A stretch of DNA of 64,000 nt from the IMG/VR virus record IMGVR_UViG_2703719303_000002, positions 39,354 through 103,353 of that record; one strand, given 5' to 3'. Origin of the DNA: a virus (Duplodnaviria; Caudoviricetes). The notes under the pieces are model-generated. The model was not told the origin of the DNA. It made no database searches and saw only the letters and a list, made by a program, of their open reading frames with translations. Shown here in pieces: positions 50,145 through 59,554 of this stretch (the stretch's first letter is position 1; each line of letters begins with the position of its first letter). A program made the translations under genes and the position numbers.

Positions 50145-50564
50145 ATGGCAAATAATGTTGATATTATAAGATGCGCATGGGGTTATGAAAATGAAATTCC
50201 TGATGTGTTACCAGATCGAATTCAAATGGTAACTAGAGATACAGGTAAAGTTATTATAGGCAATAATGGAACAAATATTGTTATACCTACACAAAAAGAT
50301 TTATTAAATGTAGAAACAGCGATAGATGATGTGAAAAATTCAGTTTCCTTAGCAGTTCAAACAGCTAGTAATGCACAAGCTATAGCTAGTGACGCTAAAA
50401 ATACAGCCGAAAATAATTGCGAAAAGATTATAGCGTGTACTACTCAGAATAGACCTGAAATAAATGGAATGCCAATGACAATTTTTGATACAACACTAAA
50501 CAAACCTATATGGACAAATAAATCATTATCAGGATGGGTAGACGCTACAGGCACATCAGTTTAA
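50145..50564 (+). CDS. Short fibre/adaptor-like virion protein
   Basis: Mtd_N-like N-terminus (TRDTGKVIIG), coiled coil, C-terminal FDTTLNKPIW...WVDATG. Confidence 0.7.
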   Translation: MANNVDIIRCAWGYENEIPDVLPDRIQMVTRDTGKVIIGNNGTNIVIPTQKDLLNVETAIDDVKNSVSLAVQTASNAQAIASDAKNTAENNCEKIIACTTQNRPEINGMPMTIFDTTLNKPIWTNKSLSGWVDATGTSV

Positions 50565-50608
50565 AAAAGATAAAATAGCAATTTTATATAAAAAATGGTG
50601 GTGTATAA

Positions 50609-51313
50609 ATGATAGTAGAATGCGCTGATGCCCCAATAAAACAGACAGATAAAGAATTTTGTTATGATATAAATGCTAACTTTGATGGACTTTTAAATAA
50701 TAGAACTTATAAAGTAGTTTTTAAAGCAGAAACTCAAAATCCTATAAATGGCGAGGGAATGAAGCTTGAGGGTAGTGGAACATTTTTTACACAATATGAA
50801 GAGATGAAATTAAATCAAAAGCCAAAAGTTACACAATTAGATGAAAAAGGTGGAGTAAAAATAGATTTTTCTAGCTTGGTTACAAACAATGGAACATTAG
50901 ATGGAGATTATTCTTTTATAAATAACTTTATTTTTTATGAAAATGAAGCTTTATCGTTGCCAGCAAAAACAACACTAACTTATAAGGATAGTGTAATTCC
51001 ATCCATGGGTAGTATTAATTTTACTATTAAGCTAGACTTACAATTTGATGGTTTAATTTGTAGTTCAATAGATTTAAAATATAAATTTGGGTATTCTAGT
51101 CAAAATAGGAAGTTCTATTATACAATAAATGATTTTACGATATATAGCGAAGTTATCAGGATAACTGAAAATCCTTTTTTAGTTATCCTTTTATCTGATC
51201 ACTTTATTATAAAACAATATAATATTTATAATTATTTAGATAATATTAAAAATTTCAATTTAGATGATTTGCAAACTTTCCCATTAGATTTTATGGTTCA
51301 AGAAAACAAATGA
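50609..51313 (+). CDS. Baseplate/tail protein
   Basis: FDGLLNNRTYKV FN3-like segment. Confidence 0.7.
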   Translation: MIVECADAPIKQTDKEFCYDINANFDGLLNNRTYKVVFKAETQNPINGEGMKLEGSGTFFTQYEEMKLNQKPKVTQLDEKGGVKIDFSSLVTNNGTLDGDYSFINNFIFYENEALSLPAKTTLTYKDSVIPSMGSINFTIKLDLQFDGLICSSIDLKYKFGYSSQNRKFYYTINDFTIYSEVIRITENPFLVILLSDHFIIKQYNIYNYLDNIKNFNLDDLQTFPLDFMVQENK

Positions 51314-51314
51314 G

Positions 51315-51956
51315 GTGATTTGTATGGAAGTAACAAACAGCTTTGGTTTTAAAAAACCAGCTTTTGGACAAGATCAAAAAATTTTGGATTTAGTAAATAT
51401 AATAAGAGATAATGCAGATATATCAGAATCTCAATTAAAAAGACTTTCTGATGCTTTAAATGTTTGGGGGAGTCATAATGGATCAATAGTGTTTTACCAA
51501 GAAGATCCAAATAAAATTTATATACAACCAGCTCAAGAAGTTGTTATAAGAAGCTCCTACTCTAATGGTTCACATAACTCTGATGCCAAATTAACTGTAG
51601 TAGGAGATCTTTATGTATCTGGTGCAAAACATAGAACTGTAAAAACGAAATGCTATGGAAAAATAGGATTAAATGCTTATGAGACAGCAGATTGCTTATT
51701 TGGAGATGTTGGCGAAAGTAAATTGGTAAATGGCACATCAACAATAGAATTAGACAAAGTATTTTTAGAAACAGTAAATACAAAAGATTGTTCATACCAA
51801 GTATTTTTGACAAAGTACGGTAAGGGAGATATATGGGTAGAAGAAAGAAACCCAACTAACTTTACTGTTAAAGGCACAACAGACATTAAATTTACATGGG
51901 AAATTAAGGCTAAACAAAAGTATTATGAAAAGTGCAGACTCCCTGAAATAAAGTGA
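51315..51956 (+). CDS. Tail fibre-like protein with conserved C-terminal domain
   Basis: TNSFGFKKP N-terminus; AYETADCLFGDVGE...FLETVNT...YQVFLT...FTWEIKAK. Confidence 0.72.
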   Translation: MICMEVTNSFGFKKPAFGQDQKILDLVNIIRDNADISESQLKRLSDALNVWGSHNGSIVFYQEDPNKIYIQPAQEVVIRSSYSNGSHNSDAKLTVVGDLYVSGAKHRTVKTKCYGKIGLNAYETADCLFGDVGESKLVNGTSTIELDKVFLETVNTKDCSYQVFLTKYGKGDIWVEERNPTNFTVKGTTDIKFTWEIKAKQKYYEKCRLPEIK

Positions 51957-52894
51957 GGTGGGATAAATTGACTATAGGAGATGGATTTTTAATAGGTAAT
52001 AGTGTGTCTCCAAGAACATCATTACTAAGTACACCATCAGCTATAAAAAATTCTTTTACAGGGTTAAAATTTTATGGAGGGTATATAATAGATAGTATAT
52101 TCATCTCAAAAAAGGTAAAAAGTGATATTGAAATAATTAGTGAAACAGTCTGTTCTTTACCTGAATGGACTTGGGACATAGTATTCTTAGCTGCAATGAA
52201 TGGTACTGTAGATGGAAGTAATATAACAGGAATTATAGAACCTCCTCAAAAATGGCTTTTATACAGAAAAGAGGAAGGTGTAGATTGTTTATATAAAGTT
52301 ACTGAATTAGATTTAGATACTACAAGCTATATAGATTATAAAGTTGCTGGATTAAAAAATGTCCAGTATTTTTTGTATGCAGCTAGTACTTCCATGATAT
52401 CTGCCCCTATAGTTTTTGATAAATTTAATACAACCTTTTGTGGTTATTTTTTAATTGACGCAGAAGCAGTAGATAATGGAAATGTATATGATGTAGAGAC
52501 ATACCATTTAGATTTAAATTTATCTACTGAAAAAGTAACAAACAATAATGATGTTACTTTTTTAAAGAATTATACAAAATATGATTCCGTTATTTTTGGA
52601 AACAGAGATTTTTTGAGCGGTTCAATAAATAGTATTTTAGGTTATTATAATCCTGATAATGATGAATTAGAATATACTTGGGATTCAGATTACATTGATC
52701 AATTCAGAAAATTTATTAATAACCAAAAACAAAAATATCTGAAATTCAAAAATGGAAAAGTTATAAAAGTTGTAACAACAAGTACTAATGGTGTAAGCTT
52801 TGAGTACAAATTTGATGATAGTATTTCTCAGCAAATACCAACTGTTACAGTTTATTATCAAGAAGTATCTGATGTTGAAGATTTGATAAGTTAG
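51953..52894 (+). CDS. Baseplate/distal tail-like protein
   Basis: LYRKE...YIDY FN3-like segment; C-terminal Dit-like K.LKFKNG. Confidence 0.7.
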   Translation: MRWDKLTIGDGFLIGNSVSPRTSLLSTPSAIKNSFTGLKFYGGYIIDSIFISKKVKSDIEIISETVCSLPEWTWDIVFLAAMNGTVDGSNITGIIEPPQKWLLYRKEEGVDCLYKVTELDLDTTSYIDYKVAGLKNVQYFLYAASTSMISAPIVFDKFNTTFCGYFLIDAEAVDNGNVYDVETYHLDLNLSTEKVTNNNDVTFLKNYTKYDSVIFGNRDFLSGSINSILGYYNPDNDELEYTWDSDYIDQFRKFINNQKQKYLKFKNGKVIKVVTTSTNGVSFEYKFDDSISQQIPTVTVYYQEVSDVEDLIS

Positions 52895-52904
52895 GGGTGT
52901 TTAT

Positions 52905-54092
52905 ATGGGGCAAATGTCTTATGAGAGATATGAAGAAATAATAAAAAAGGGTATCTTAAAAACTCCTCTTGTAAAATTGGAAATGTTAAGGCAAGAAGAT
53001 GAATCAGTTTATGATGAAATAATAAAAACTCCTTTAAAGGGTTCTACTTTAAACATAACAAATCAAAGTGGTTGTCGAAGAAGTCTTACTATGAACCTAA
53101 ACAACAATGATGGTAGTTTTTTACCAACACCAAATGGTAACCTATGGATAAATACAAAATTCAAATTTTCTATAGGTATTCAAGATACAAATGGAGATAC
53201 TATTTTTTTTCCTCAAGGCGTATTTTGTTTAGCACATTCTGAACCAGAAGTTACTTCTGAGCTTTCTAATAAAATAGTAACTATTAATGCAAGTGATAAA
53301 TGGAGTCTTTCTGAGACAGTTACAGGTAGTATTTTTCAAATTGGTATTAATCAATCTATAACAGATAATATAAGGAAAATTTTAAATTTAATAAAGGATT
53401 CAAAAAATCCAATATTAAAAACTATTTTAGCAGATATAACACAATATGATTTAAGATGGGATAATAATTCTACTTATGGACAAATTCTTAAAGATTTGGG
53501 AAACATGTTTCAAAGAGATTGTTATTATAATGAGATGGGAGTATTGGTATATGAAGATATGCCAAGTACTGAAAGCTTAGAAGTTATATGGAATTTTAAT
53601 AAATTAGATAGGGTTTATATGTCAGGAAAAAGAGTGTTCAGGTTTGATCAGATGTATAATCAAGTATACGTGCGAAGTGACACAACATCTGGATATACAT
53701 ACAGTGGACTTGCTCAAAATACAGATTTGACCTCAAGTTCAAATATATATTTGAATTCAATAAATACTCTTGACATCTCTGATTCCAAACTACAAAGCGA
53801 TACTGCTTGTTTAAAAGAAGCTCAATACTTGTTAGAAAAAAACAAAAGAGTGCAGGACTCTATTGAAATAACTTGTTTACCACTTCCTCACGCTACAGTA
53901 AATAAAGCTTTTACTATAGAAGATAACAATTTAAGTACGTTTAAGAATTATTATGCTATCCAATCAGTTTCTTTACCCTTAGACCTTTCTCAAAATATGA
54001 GTATATTAGGATTTAGATATAATGATACTACTGATTTTCAGGATTTAACAAGTGAAAGTGGTAATATTCACGAATTACCTACGGGGAGATGA
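52905..54092 (+). CDS. Baseplate hub protein
   Basis: RRSLTM, FPQGVF, YYNEMG, YNQVYV hub-like pattern. Confidence 0.72.
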   Translation: MGQMSYERYEEIIKKGILKTPLVKLEMLRQEDESVYDEIIKTPLKGSTLNITNQSGCRRSLTMNLNNNDGSFLPTPNGNLWINTKFKFSIGIQDTNGDTIFFPQGVFCLAHSEPEVTSELSNKIVTINASDKWSLSETVTGSIFQIGINQSITDNIRKILNLIKDSKNPILKTILADITQYDLRWDNNSTYGQILKDLGNMFQRDCYYNEMGVLVYEDMPSTESLEVIWNFNKLDRVYMSGKRVFRFDQMYNQVYVRSDTTSGYTYSGLAQNTDLTSSSNIYLNSINTLDISDSKLQSDTACLKEAQYLLEKNKRVQDSIEITCLPLPHATVNKAFTIEDNNLSTFKNYYAIQSVSLPLDLSQNMSILGFRYNDTTDFQDLTSESGNIHELPTGR

Positions 54093-54096
54093 TAGA

Positions 54097-57000
54097 ATGA
54101 CTGATGATTCTAATGCAATAACACAAAATGACTTAAGAAAGTTTGTTACTGGTGTAATACTAAAAATAATTGATAAGAGATTATCCGAAAATAAAAATAC
54201 AGAAATTTATCCAGCAACAATTATTTCTACAGATAGTACAAACCATTATGCAAATATAAAAATTACAACTGGTGGTCAAGTATCTATATTAAATAATGTA
54301 AAAAATAAGTCAGTCAATATTTTAAACAATGGAGATAAAGTATTCGCTGTTGCTCCAAATGGAGATCTAAATAACTTGTACGTAGGTACGAATTTAATTG
54401 GAAATGGCATAAATGGTCAAGATATTGTAGCAAATAGTATTCAAGCAAATAGTATTCAAGCAAATAGTATAACCGCAGATGAGATTCAAGCTGGATCAAT
54501 TACAGCTAATGAGATAGCCAGCAATACTATAACCGCAGACAATATAAAAGCAGGTTCTATTACAGCTAATGAAATAGCTACTGGAACAATAACAGCAAGT
54601 TCAGGAATAATTGCCACAGGTGCTATACAGACTGCACAGATAGCTGATGGCTCAGTAACAGATGCGAAAATTTTAACCCTTACAGCCAATAAGCTTACTG
54701 CGGGGACAATAGATGCAGGTAAGATAAATGTAATAAATTTAGATTGTGCCAATCTTACTGTAGGAACTATTAATGGACAACAAATTTCTTCTGGAGCTAT
54801 AACAATAGATAAGTTAGAAAGTTCTATTAGTACAGCCATTGAAGGTGCACAGGGTAAGAGTAAAAATTTCTATGGTAGTGATACACCTAAGAACCCATCT
54901 AAAGGTGATTTATGGATGAAGCCAATTGATGGTGGTATAAAACCGCAGCAATGGGATGGTAGTCAATGGATTGATATGACAGATATTACAGCCATTAAAG
55001 CACAGGAAGAATTAAATAACTTAAGCATTGGCGTTAATAACTTAATCAGAAATGGAGATTTTAGTGAAAATGTAAAATCGGGTACTATAGCCCCGACCTA
55101 TTGGGAATTCTGGACAACTCAAAGTGGATCTAATCCAGAAGTTTTTGGGTCACAAGGACAAACAAATTATAATTTGCCTAACACATTATATATAGGTCAT
55201 GCAACTGTACAATCTGGAATCCACCAAAATGTAATGTTGAAACAAAATACAGAATATACAATTATGTTTTCCTCACGTAAGGAAGGTGTAAATGATGTGT
55301 TTAACCAGTTTGAATTTTATGATTCGAGCTGGAATAAATTATCAACTATGCAGGTGGATTATGATTATACAAAACCAGATACACTACAATCATTTACAAT
55401 TACTACCCCTATAACATTTGTCTATTCTCAATTTTCTCATGGTGGAATAGCACAAGTATGGCAGAGCGGATACTTAACTACTTTGGGTAATGTAACACTT
55501 GTAGAAGGTAATAAAGTGCCGAGTGGATGGGTACCAAGTTTAGCAGACTTGGAGGATGCTAGCTTTTTAAGAACAGGAACTATAAGTGCGGATAGAATAG
55601 GTGCTAATTCCATAACAGCAGACAAACTTGTGGCAGGAAGTATTACTTCAGCAAGTGGTGTTATAGGTGCTTTAGATGCAGGAAGTATTACAACAGGAGT
55701 ACTAAGCGCAGATAGGATAGGGACAGAAAGTATAACTTCAGATAGATTATATTGCAATGGTAATTTAAATAATGTGGCTCTTAACGCTAATGTTAATATA
55801 AATGGAGGAGTTCAAAATTCTGGGGGTATGTGTTCTCAAAACCCAAATGGTATGGGTGGCTGGAGTACTTCAACATTTCCATCTACAGCCATAGTAGATT
55901 TAGGAGATATAGTTCCGCAAATTCGGGAAATTACGTTTGATACCTATTATCCTACAGATACAAGATGGGTTCCTCATTCTTATATAATAGAGGGATCTAC
56001 TGATAATACTAGCTGGACAACTATAGCGGATGTATCTAATTATACACCATCAGGAAATAATACATTTATAAGACATGCTTTATCTGGTACTTATAGATAT
56101 ATATCTATAAAAATTAGAGAACCACAACCTAATCAAGGCAGTGTAACTATAACATCTTTTAAAGTTATGTCAATGCAAGGTGGAACTATAATAGATGGAA
56201 ACATGATAAAAACAGGTTCAATCTTAGCAGATAAAATTCATGCAAATACAATAACTGGTGACAAACTTGTCGAAGATGCTATAACTGCAAGAGAGATAGC
56301 CAGCAATACTATAACCGCAGAAAGTGGAATAATAGCTTCTTTAGATGCAGGAAAAATTACAACAGGAGTACTAAGTGCAGACAGGATAGATACAAATAAT
56401 CTAAATGCAAGGAGAATAACAACACCTGGTTCAATCCTTCATGGAACTATAGGTTCTTGGCAAGAGGCTACACAAAACATAAATGGTTTTCAGTTGTATA
56501 ATACTCAAGAAAATCGTTCTGTTTTTAGAATTGCCGATATGAATATGACTTGGGCAGGAGATTTATTAAGATATTCTGTTTTACAAGGCAACGCAGATGG
56601 ATTGATTTTAACTCCAAGCAATACTACGTACAATTCTAACAACTCTGCAGAAGGTTTTTTAGATGCAGCGGGACAGTTTATCTATCTAGGGGGAGGGACA
56701 ATAACTCTTGCCAGTGGTGGTCAGGGAGGAAACAGTGTAAATGTTTCTAGTTCAGCTATAGACATAATATGCAATAACACTTCCGCTAATAAAGGTATAG
56801 GAGTATCAGCAACTGCCATTGAATTCGAAGTTGGATTCGATGATGGTGGTAAAAGTTGGAATTATCATTTGATACGAAATACAATAGATAATGGCACATC
56901 CCAAGATTACTATATTCTAAGTTCTAGAAATGTCATGGACTTTATCATGAACGAGGATAGTAATGGATTAGGAGTACACTGTAACAACGGAACGACTTAC

Positions 57001-57354
57001 TGGGCGTATAACTTTAATGCCAGTGACGAAAGACTCAAAACAAATATAAAGCCAATTACCACAAATTGTTCAAGTATTATAAATCAAATAAACTTAAAAG
57101 AATTTGATTTTATAAAAACTGGAGAGCATATAGAAGTTGGTACAATAGCACAGCAATTATCTAAAATAAATAAAAAGTTTTCTAAAATTTTATATACAAC
57201 AGAAGATGGGACAAACTTTTTTGCCCCCGATTATAATTCTATTTTGCCCTATATTATTGGCGCAATACAAGAATTAAGTGCCAAAAGTAAAAGTTTAGAA
57301 ACTAGAGTAACTACTTTAGAAAATTCTATTCAAGAGTTAAAAGCATCCAAATAG
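54097..57354 (+). CDS. Tail fibre/spike with pentapeptide repeats, CBM-like and discoidin-like modules, and C-terminal intramolecular chaperone (peptidase S74)
   Basis: ITADEI/ITANEI repeats; NLIRNGDF; VDLG...IEGSTDN..WT...YRY; SDERLKTNI; GGGGAG RBS before ATG 54097. Confidence 0.88.
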   Translation: MTDDSNAITQNDLRKFVTGVILKIIDKRLSENKNTEIYPATIISTDSTNHYANIKITTGGQVSILNNVKNKSVNILNNGDKVFAVAPNGDLNNLYVGTNLIGNGINGQDIVANSIQANSIQANSITADEIQAGSITANEIASNTITADNIKAGSITANEIATGTITASSGIIATGAIQTAQIADGSVTDAKILTLTANKLTAGTIDAGKINVINLDCANLTVGTINGQQISSGAITIDKLESSISTAIEGAQGKSKNFYGSDTPKNPSKGDLWMKPIDGGIKPQQWDGSQWIDMTDITAIKAQEELNNLSIGVNNLIRNGDFSENVKSGTIAPTYWEFWTTQSGSNPEVFGSQGQTNYNLPNTLYIGHATVQSGIHQNVMLKQNTEYTIMFSSRKEGVNDVFNQFEFYDSSWNKLSTMQVDYDYTKPDTLQSFTITTPITFVYSQFSHGGIAQVWQSGYLTTLGNVTLVEGNKVPSGWVPSLADLEDASFLRTGTISADRIGANSITADKLVAGSITSASGVIGALDAGSITTGVLSADRIGTESITSDRLYCNGNLNNVALNANVNINGGVQNSGGMCSQNPNGMGGWSTSTFPSTAIVDLGDIVPQIREITFDTYYPTDTRWVPHSYIIEGSTDNTSWTTIADVSNYTPSGNNTFIRHALSGTYRYISIKIREPQPNQGSVTITSFKVMSMQGGTIIDGNMIKTGSILADKIHANTITGDKLVEDAITAREIASNTITAESGIIASLDAGKITTGVLSADRIDTNNLNARRITTPGSILHGTIGSWQEATQNINGFQLYNTQENRSVFRIADMNMTWAGDLLRYSVLQGNADGLILTPSNTTYNSNNSAEGFLDAAGQFIYLGGGTITLASGGQGGNSVNVSSSAIDIICNNTSANKGIGVSATAIEFEVGFDDGGKSWNYHLIRNTIDNGTSQDYYILSSRNVMDFIMNEDSNGLGVHCNNGTTYWAYNFNASDERLKTNIKPITTNCSSIINQINLKEFDFIKTGEHIEVGTIAQQLSKINKKFSKILYTTEDGTNFFAPDYNSILPYIIGAIQELSAKSKSLETRVTTLENSIQELKASK

Positions 57355-57401
57355 GGTGTTATTTTTATATAAAAAGAAAGTGTAATGAAAGCAAGAATGT
57401 T

Positions 57402-57518
57402 TTATATCGTTTAGCTATAAATGGTTGCTTTTTGGTGCAGAACGATAATATAAGTCAAATTAAAAGCAGTACCGTTGAGGTGCAACAAGATGATAATAGG
57501 TGTGATATGGATACGAAA
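57402..57518 (+). repeat. 117-bp inverted copy of 9624-9740 (internal part of the ParR-like gene)
   Basis: 115/117 identical to the reverse complement. Confidence 0.92.
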
Positions 57519-57607
57519 GATGATGAAATGAATAGTGTCTATTATTACCTTTAAAATATAAAACATGAAATTTATCGTCACAAATTTGGAAAGAAGGATT
57601 TATACGG

Positions 57608-57859
57608 ATGGATAATTATATAAAAATAAATTTAGTCAAAGCAGAGCCAAATATATCATGTAGTGGAAATATTCCTAGTTATAAAATTTATGAAGATAAT
57701 TTTAAAAAATGGATTTGAGATTACAGAGACATCAAGTTGTGTTAATAGAGACAATTATGATGAAAAAATTGGAGCAAAAATCTGTATAAACCAAGCAAAA
57801 GAAAAAATATGATTTTGCTTGGTTTTTTATTACAAACAGCTAAAAATGGGGTTGAATAA
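57608..57859 (+). pseudogene. Phage N4 gp49/Sf6 gp66-family pseudogene
   Basis: LKNGFEITETSSCVNRDNYDEKIGAKIC...KI* then LLGFLLQTAKNG in another frame. Confidence 0.72.
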
Positions 57860-57872
57860 GTACTAGGAATGA

Positions 57873-58238
57873 TTGAATATGAGAAAGGCTAATACTCAAA
57901 TTATCAGAAAAAATAGAAGTGGTCTTCCTTATGCCACAGAAGAAAAGTTACAAAAAATAAATAAGAGAAATAAGATATTCTTAGACTTATTTCTAAGCTA
58001 CTTAAGATTACAGAATAAGTCACAAGATATTTTGAGAGTGTATGAGACAAATATAAAAATATTTCTTGTATGGTTATTGAATTATAGAAGAAATAAAAAT
58101 TTAAAAAGAATAAAAAATATTGATAAGGTATTATTCAAAAAATTCTTAAATAATACCTTATCTTTGTCCCAAGGAAGAGTTCACAATATTATTGGCACTG
58201 TGAATGGCTTCCTTATTTTTTTACAAGAAAATATATAG
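57873..58238 (+). CDS. Stand-alone integrase N-terminal SAM-like domain; paralog of the next gene
   Basis: NIKIFLVWLL identical to 58250..59272; no catalytic domain. Confidence 0.78.
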   Translation: MNMRKANTQIIRKNRSGLPYATEEKLQKINKRNKIFLDLFLSYLRLQNKSQDILRVYETNIKIFLVWLLNYRRNKNLKRIKNIDKVLFKKFLNNTLSLSQGRVHNIIGTVNGFLIFLQENI

Positions 58239-58249
58239 AGGGTGATAAT

Positions 58250-59272
58250 GTGCCAAGGAAAACTAATCAACATAGGTACGTTAATAATGATAACTGGGAT
58301 AAAGTAAATCCTTTAAACAAACAGCTTTTCGAAGAATTTATTCAATATTGTGAAGCAGAAGATAAGTCAAAAGAAACTGTAAGGGTATATAAGAGTAACA
58401 TAAAGATATTTTTAGTATGGTTATTGAAATTTGCTAGAAATAAAAGGTTTGTAGACATAAAGAAAAAAGATATAATGCTATATCAGAATTGGTTGCTTAA
58501 TACACAAAGATTATCTCCTGCAAGAATAAAACATTTACGAGCACCATTATCTTCAATGTCTTCTTTTGTAGAAGACATATTAGATGATGAATACCCTGAA
58601 TTTCGGAATATCATATCTAAAATAAAGCCGCCAACCAAGCAAGAAACTAGAGAAAAAACAGTGTTTACAAATGAACAAGTTGAAAAGTTAATTGAAATGC
58701 TTATTAAAGATAAAAAATATCAACAAGCTTGCTTTGTAGCTTGTTTGGCTGCATCAGGGGTAAGAAAATCAGAAATATTACAATTTAAAGTTTCCTTTTT
58801 TACAGAAAACTCCTTAGATGAAGAAGGAATGTATCATACTCCTAAGATTCGTACAAAAGGACATGGTAAATTAGGAAAACCATTGGTTAAATTTATAATA
58901 AAAGATATTGTTAAGCATGCCTTCGATTTATGGATAGAAGAAAGAAAACAACTAGGAATAGATACAGATGATTTGTTTGTAGTTAAGCATAAGGATAAAT
59001 GGTATCCAGCAAAAGTAAGTACAGTGAATGGATGGATGAACAAATTCTCAAAAATAATTGGAGAAGATTGTTATACTCATGCTTTTAGGCATTATGCTGC
59101 TACTTGGCTAAAAAGAAATGGCGCTACAATAGATCAAATAAAAGACTTTTTAGGGCATAATGATACTTCTACAACACAAATATATATAGACATAGATGGT
59201 GCGGAAAATATGAAGGGTATGCTTTCATTTATGCATAAAAAAGGAAAAGGAGAAATCAAGAAAGAGGACTAA
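58250..59272 (+). CDS. Tyrosine recombinase in the late module
   Basis: SGVRKSE, TKG, HAFRH, FLGH, TTQIY. Confidence 0.92.
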   Translation: MPRKTNQHRYVNNDNWDKVNPLNKQLFEEFIQYCEAEDKSKETVRVYKSNIKIFLVWLLKFARNKRFVDIKKKDIMLYQNWLLNTQRLSPARIKHLRAPLSSMSSFVEDILDDEYPEFRNIISKIKPPTKQETREKTVFTNEQVEKLIEMLIKDKKYQQACFVACLAASGVRKSEILQFKVSFFTENSLDEEGMYHTPKIRTKGHGKLGKPLVKFIIKDIVKHAFDLWIEERKQLGIDTDDLFVVKHKDKWYPAKVSTVNGWMNKFSKIIGEDCYTHAFRHYAATWLKRNGATIDQIKDFLGHNDTSTTQIYIDIDGAENMKGMLSFMHKKGKGEIKKED

Positions 59273-59275
59273 AAA

Positions 59276-59539
59276 ATGAGTGAAGATTATGATTCAAAAC
59301 TTTGTGAAAATAAGCATCAAAACATTGATAAAAAAGTAAACGAACATGAGAGTAGATTAAATAATCATTCAGAAAGATTAGATAAACTCGAGCAATATAA
59401 ATCTAAAAGTGAGGAAAAGATAGACAATTTATGTGTAGATTTAAGAAATCTTACAAGTACGCTAAGATGGGGCATAGGTATTTTAGCTGGTGGAATAATA
59501 AGTTTTTTTATCTACTTATTACAATTACACGTAAAATAA
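59276..59539 (+). CDS. Hemolysin XhlA-family (holin-like) protein
   Basis: HESRLNNHSERLDKLEQ...IDNLC...C-terminal TM. Confidence 0.85.
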   Translation: MSEDYDSKLCENKHQNIDKKVNEHESRLNNHSERLDKLEQYKSKSEEKIDNLCVDLRNLTSTLRWGIGILAGGIISFFIYLLQLHVK

Positions 59540-59554
59540 AAAGAAGGTGTTTAG

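Noticed and set aside
26646-55757. Antisense and shadow ORFs (e.g. 26646..27407, 36287..36850, 41843..42265, 47172..47543, 54486..54839)
   Set aside because: They lie opposite well-supported genes and reflect codon bias or repeats
9624-57518. 117-bp repeat as a DGR template/variable repeat pair
   Set aside because: No reverse transcriptase in the window; the two differences are C/T rather than adenine-specific; the copy lies outside the fibre CDS
57608-57859. TGA recoding suggested by a TGA at a likely Trp position
   Set aside because: The same gene also has frameshifts, and all core genes are intact under code 11 with TGA used as a stop
54097-59272. Tail-fibre shufflon driven by the adjacent recombinase
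   Set aside because: No inverted alternative fibre C-termini or flanking crossover sites seen
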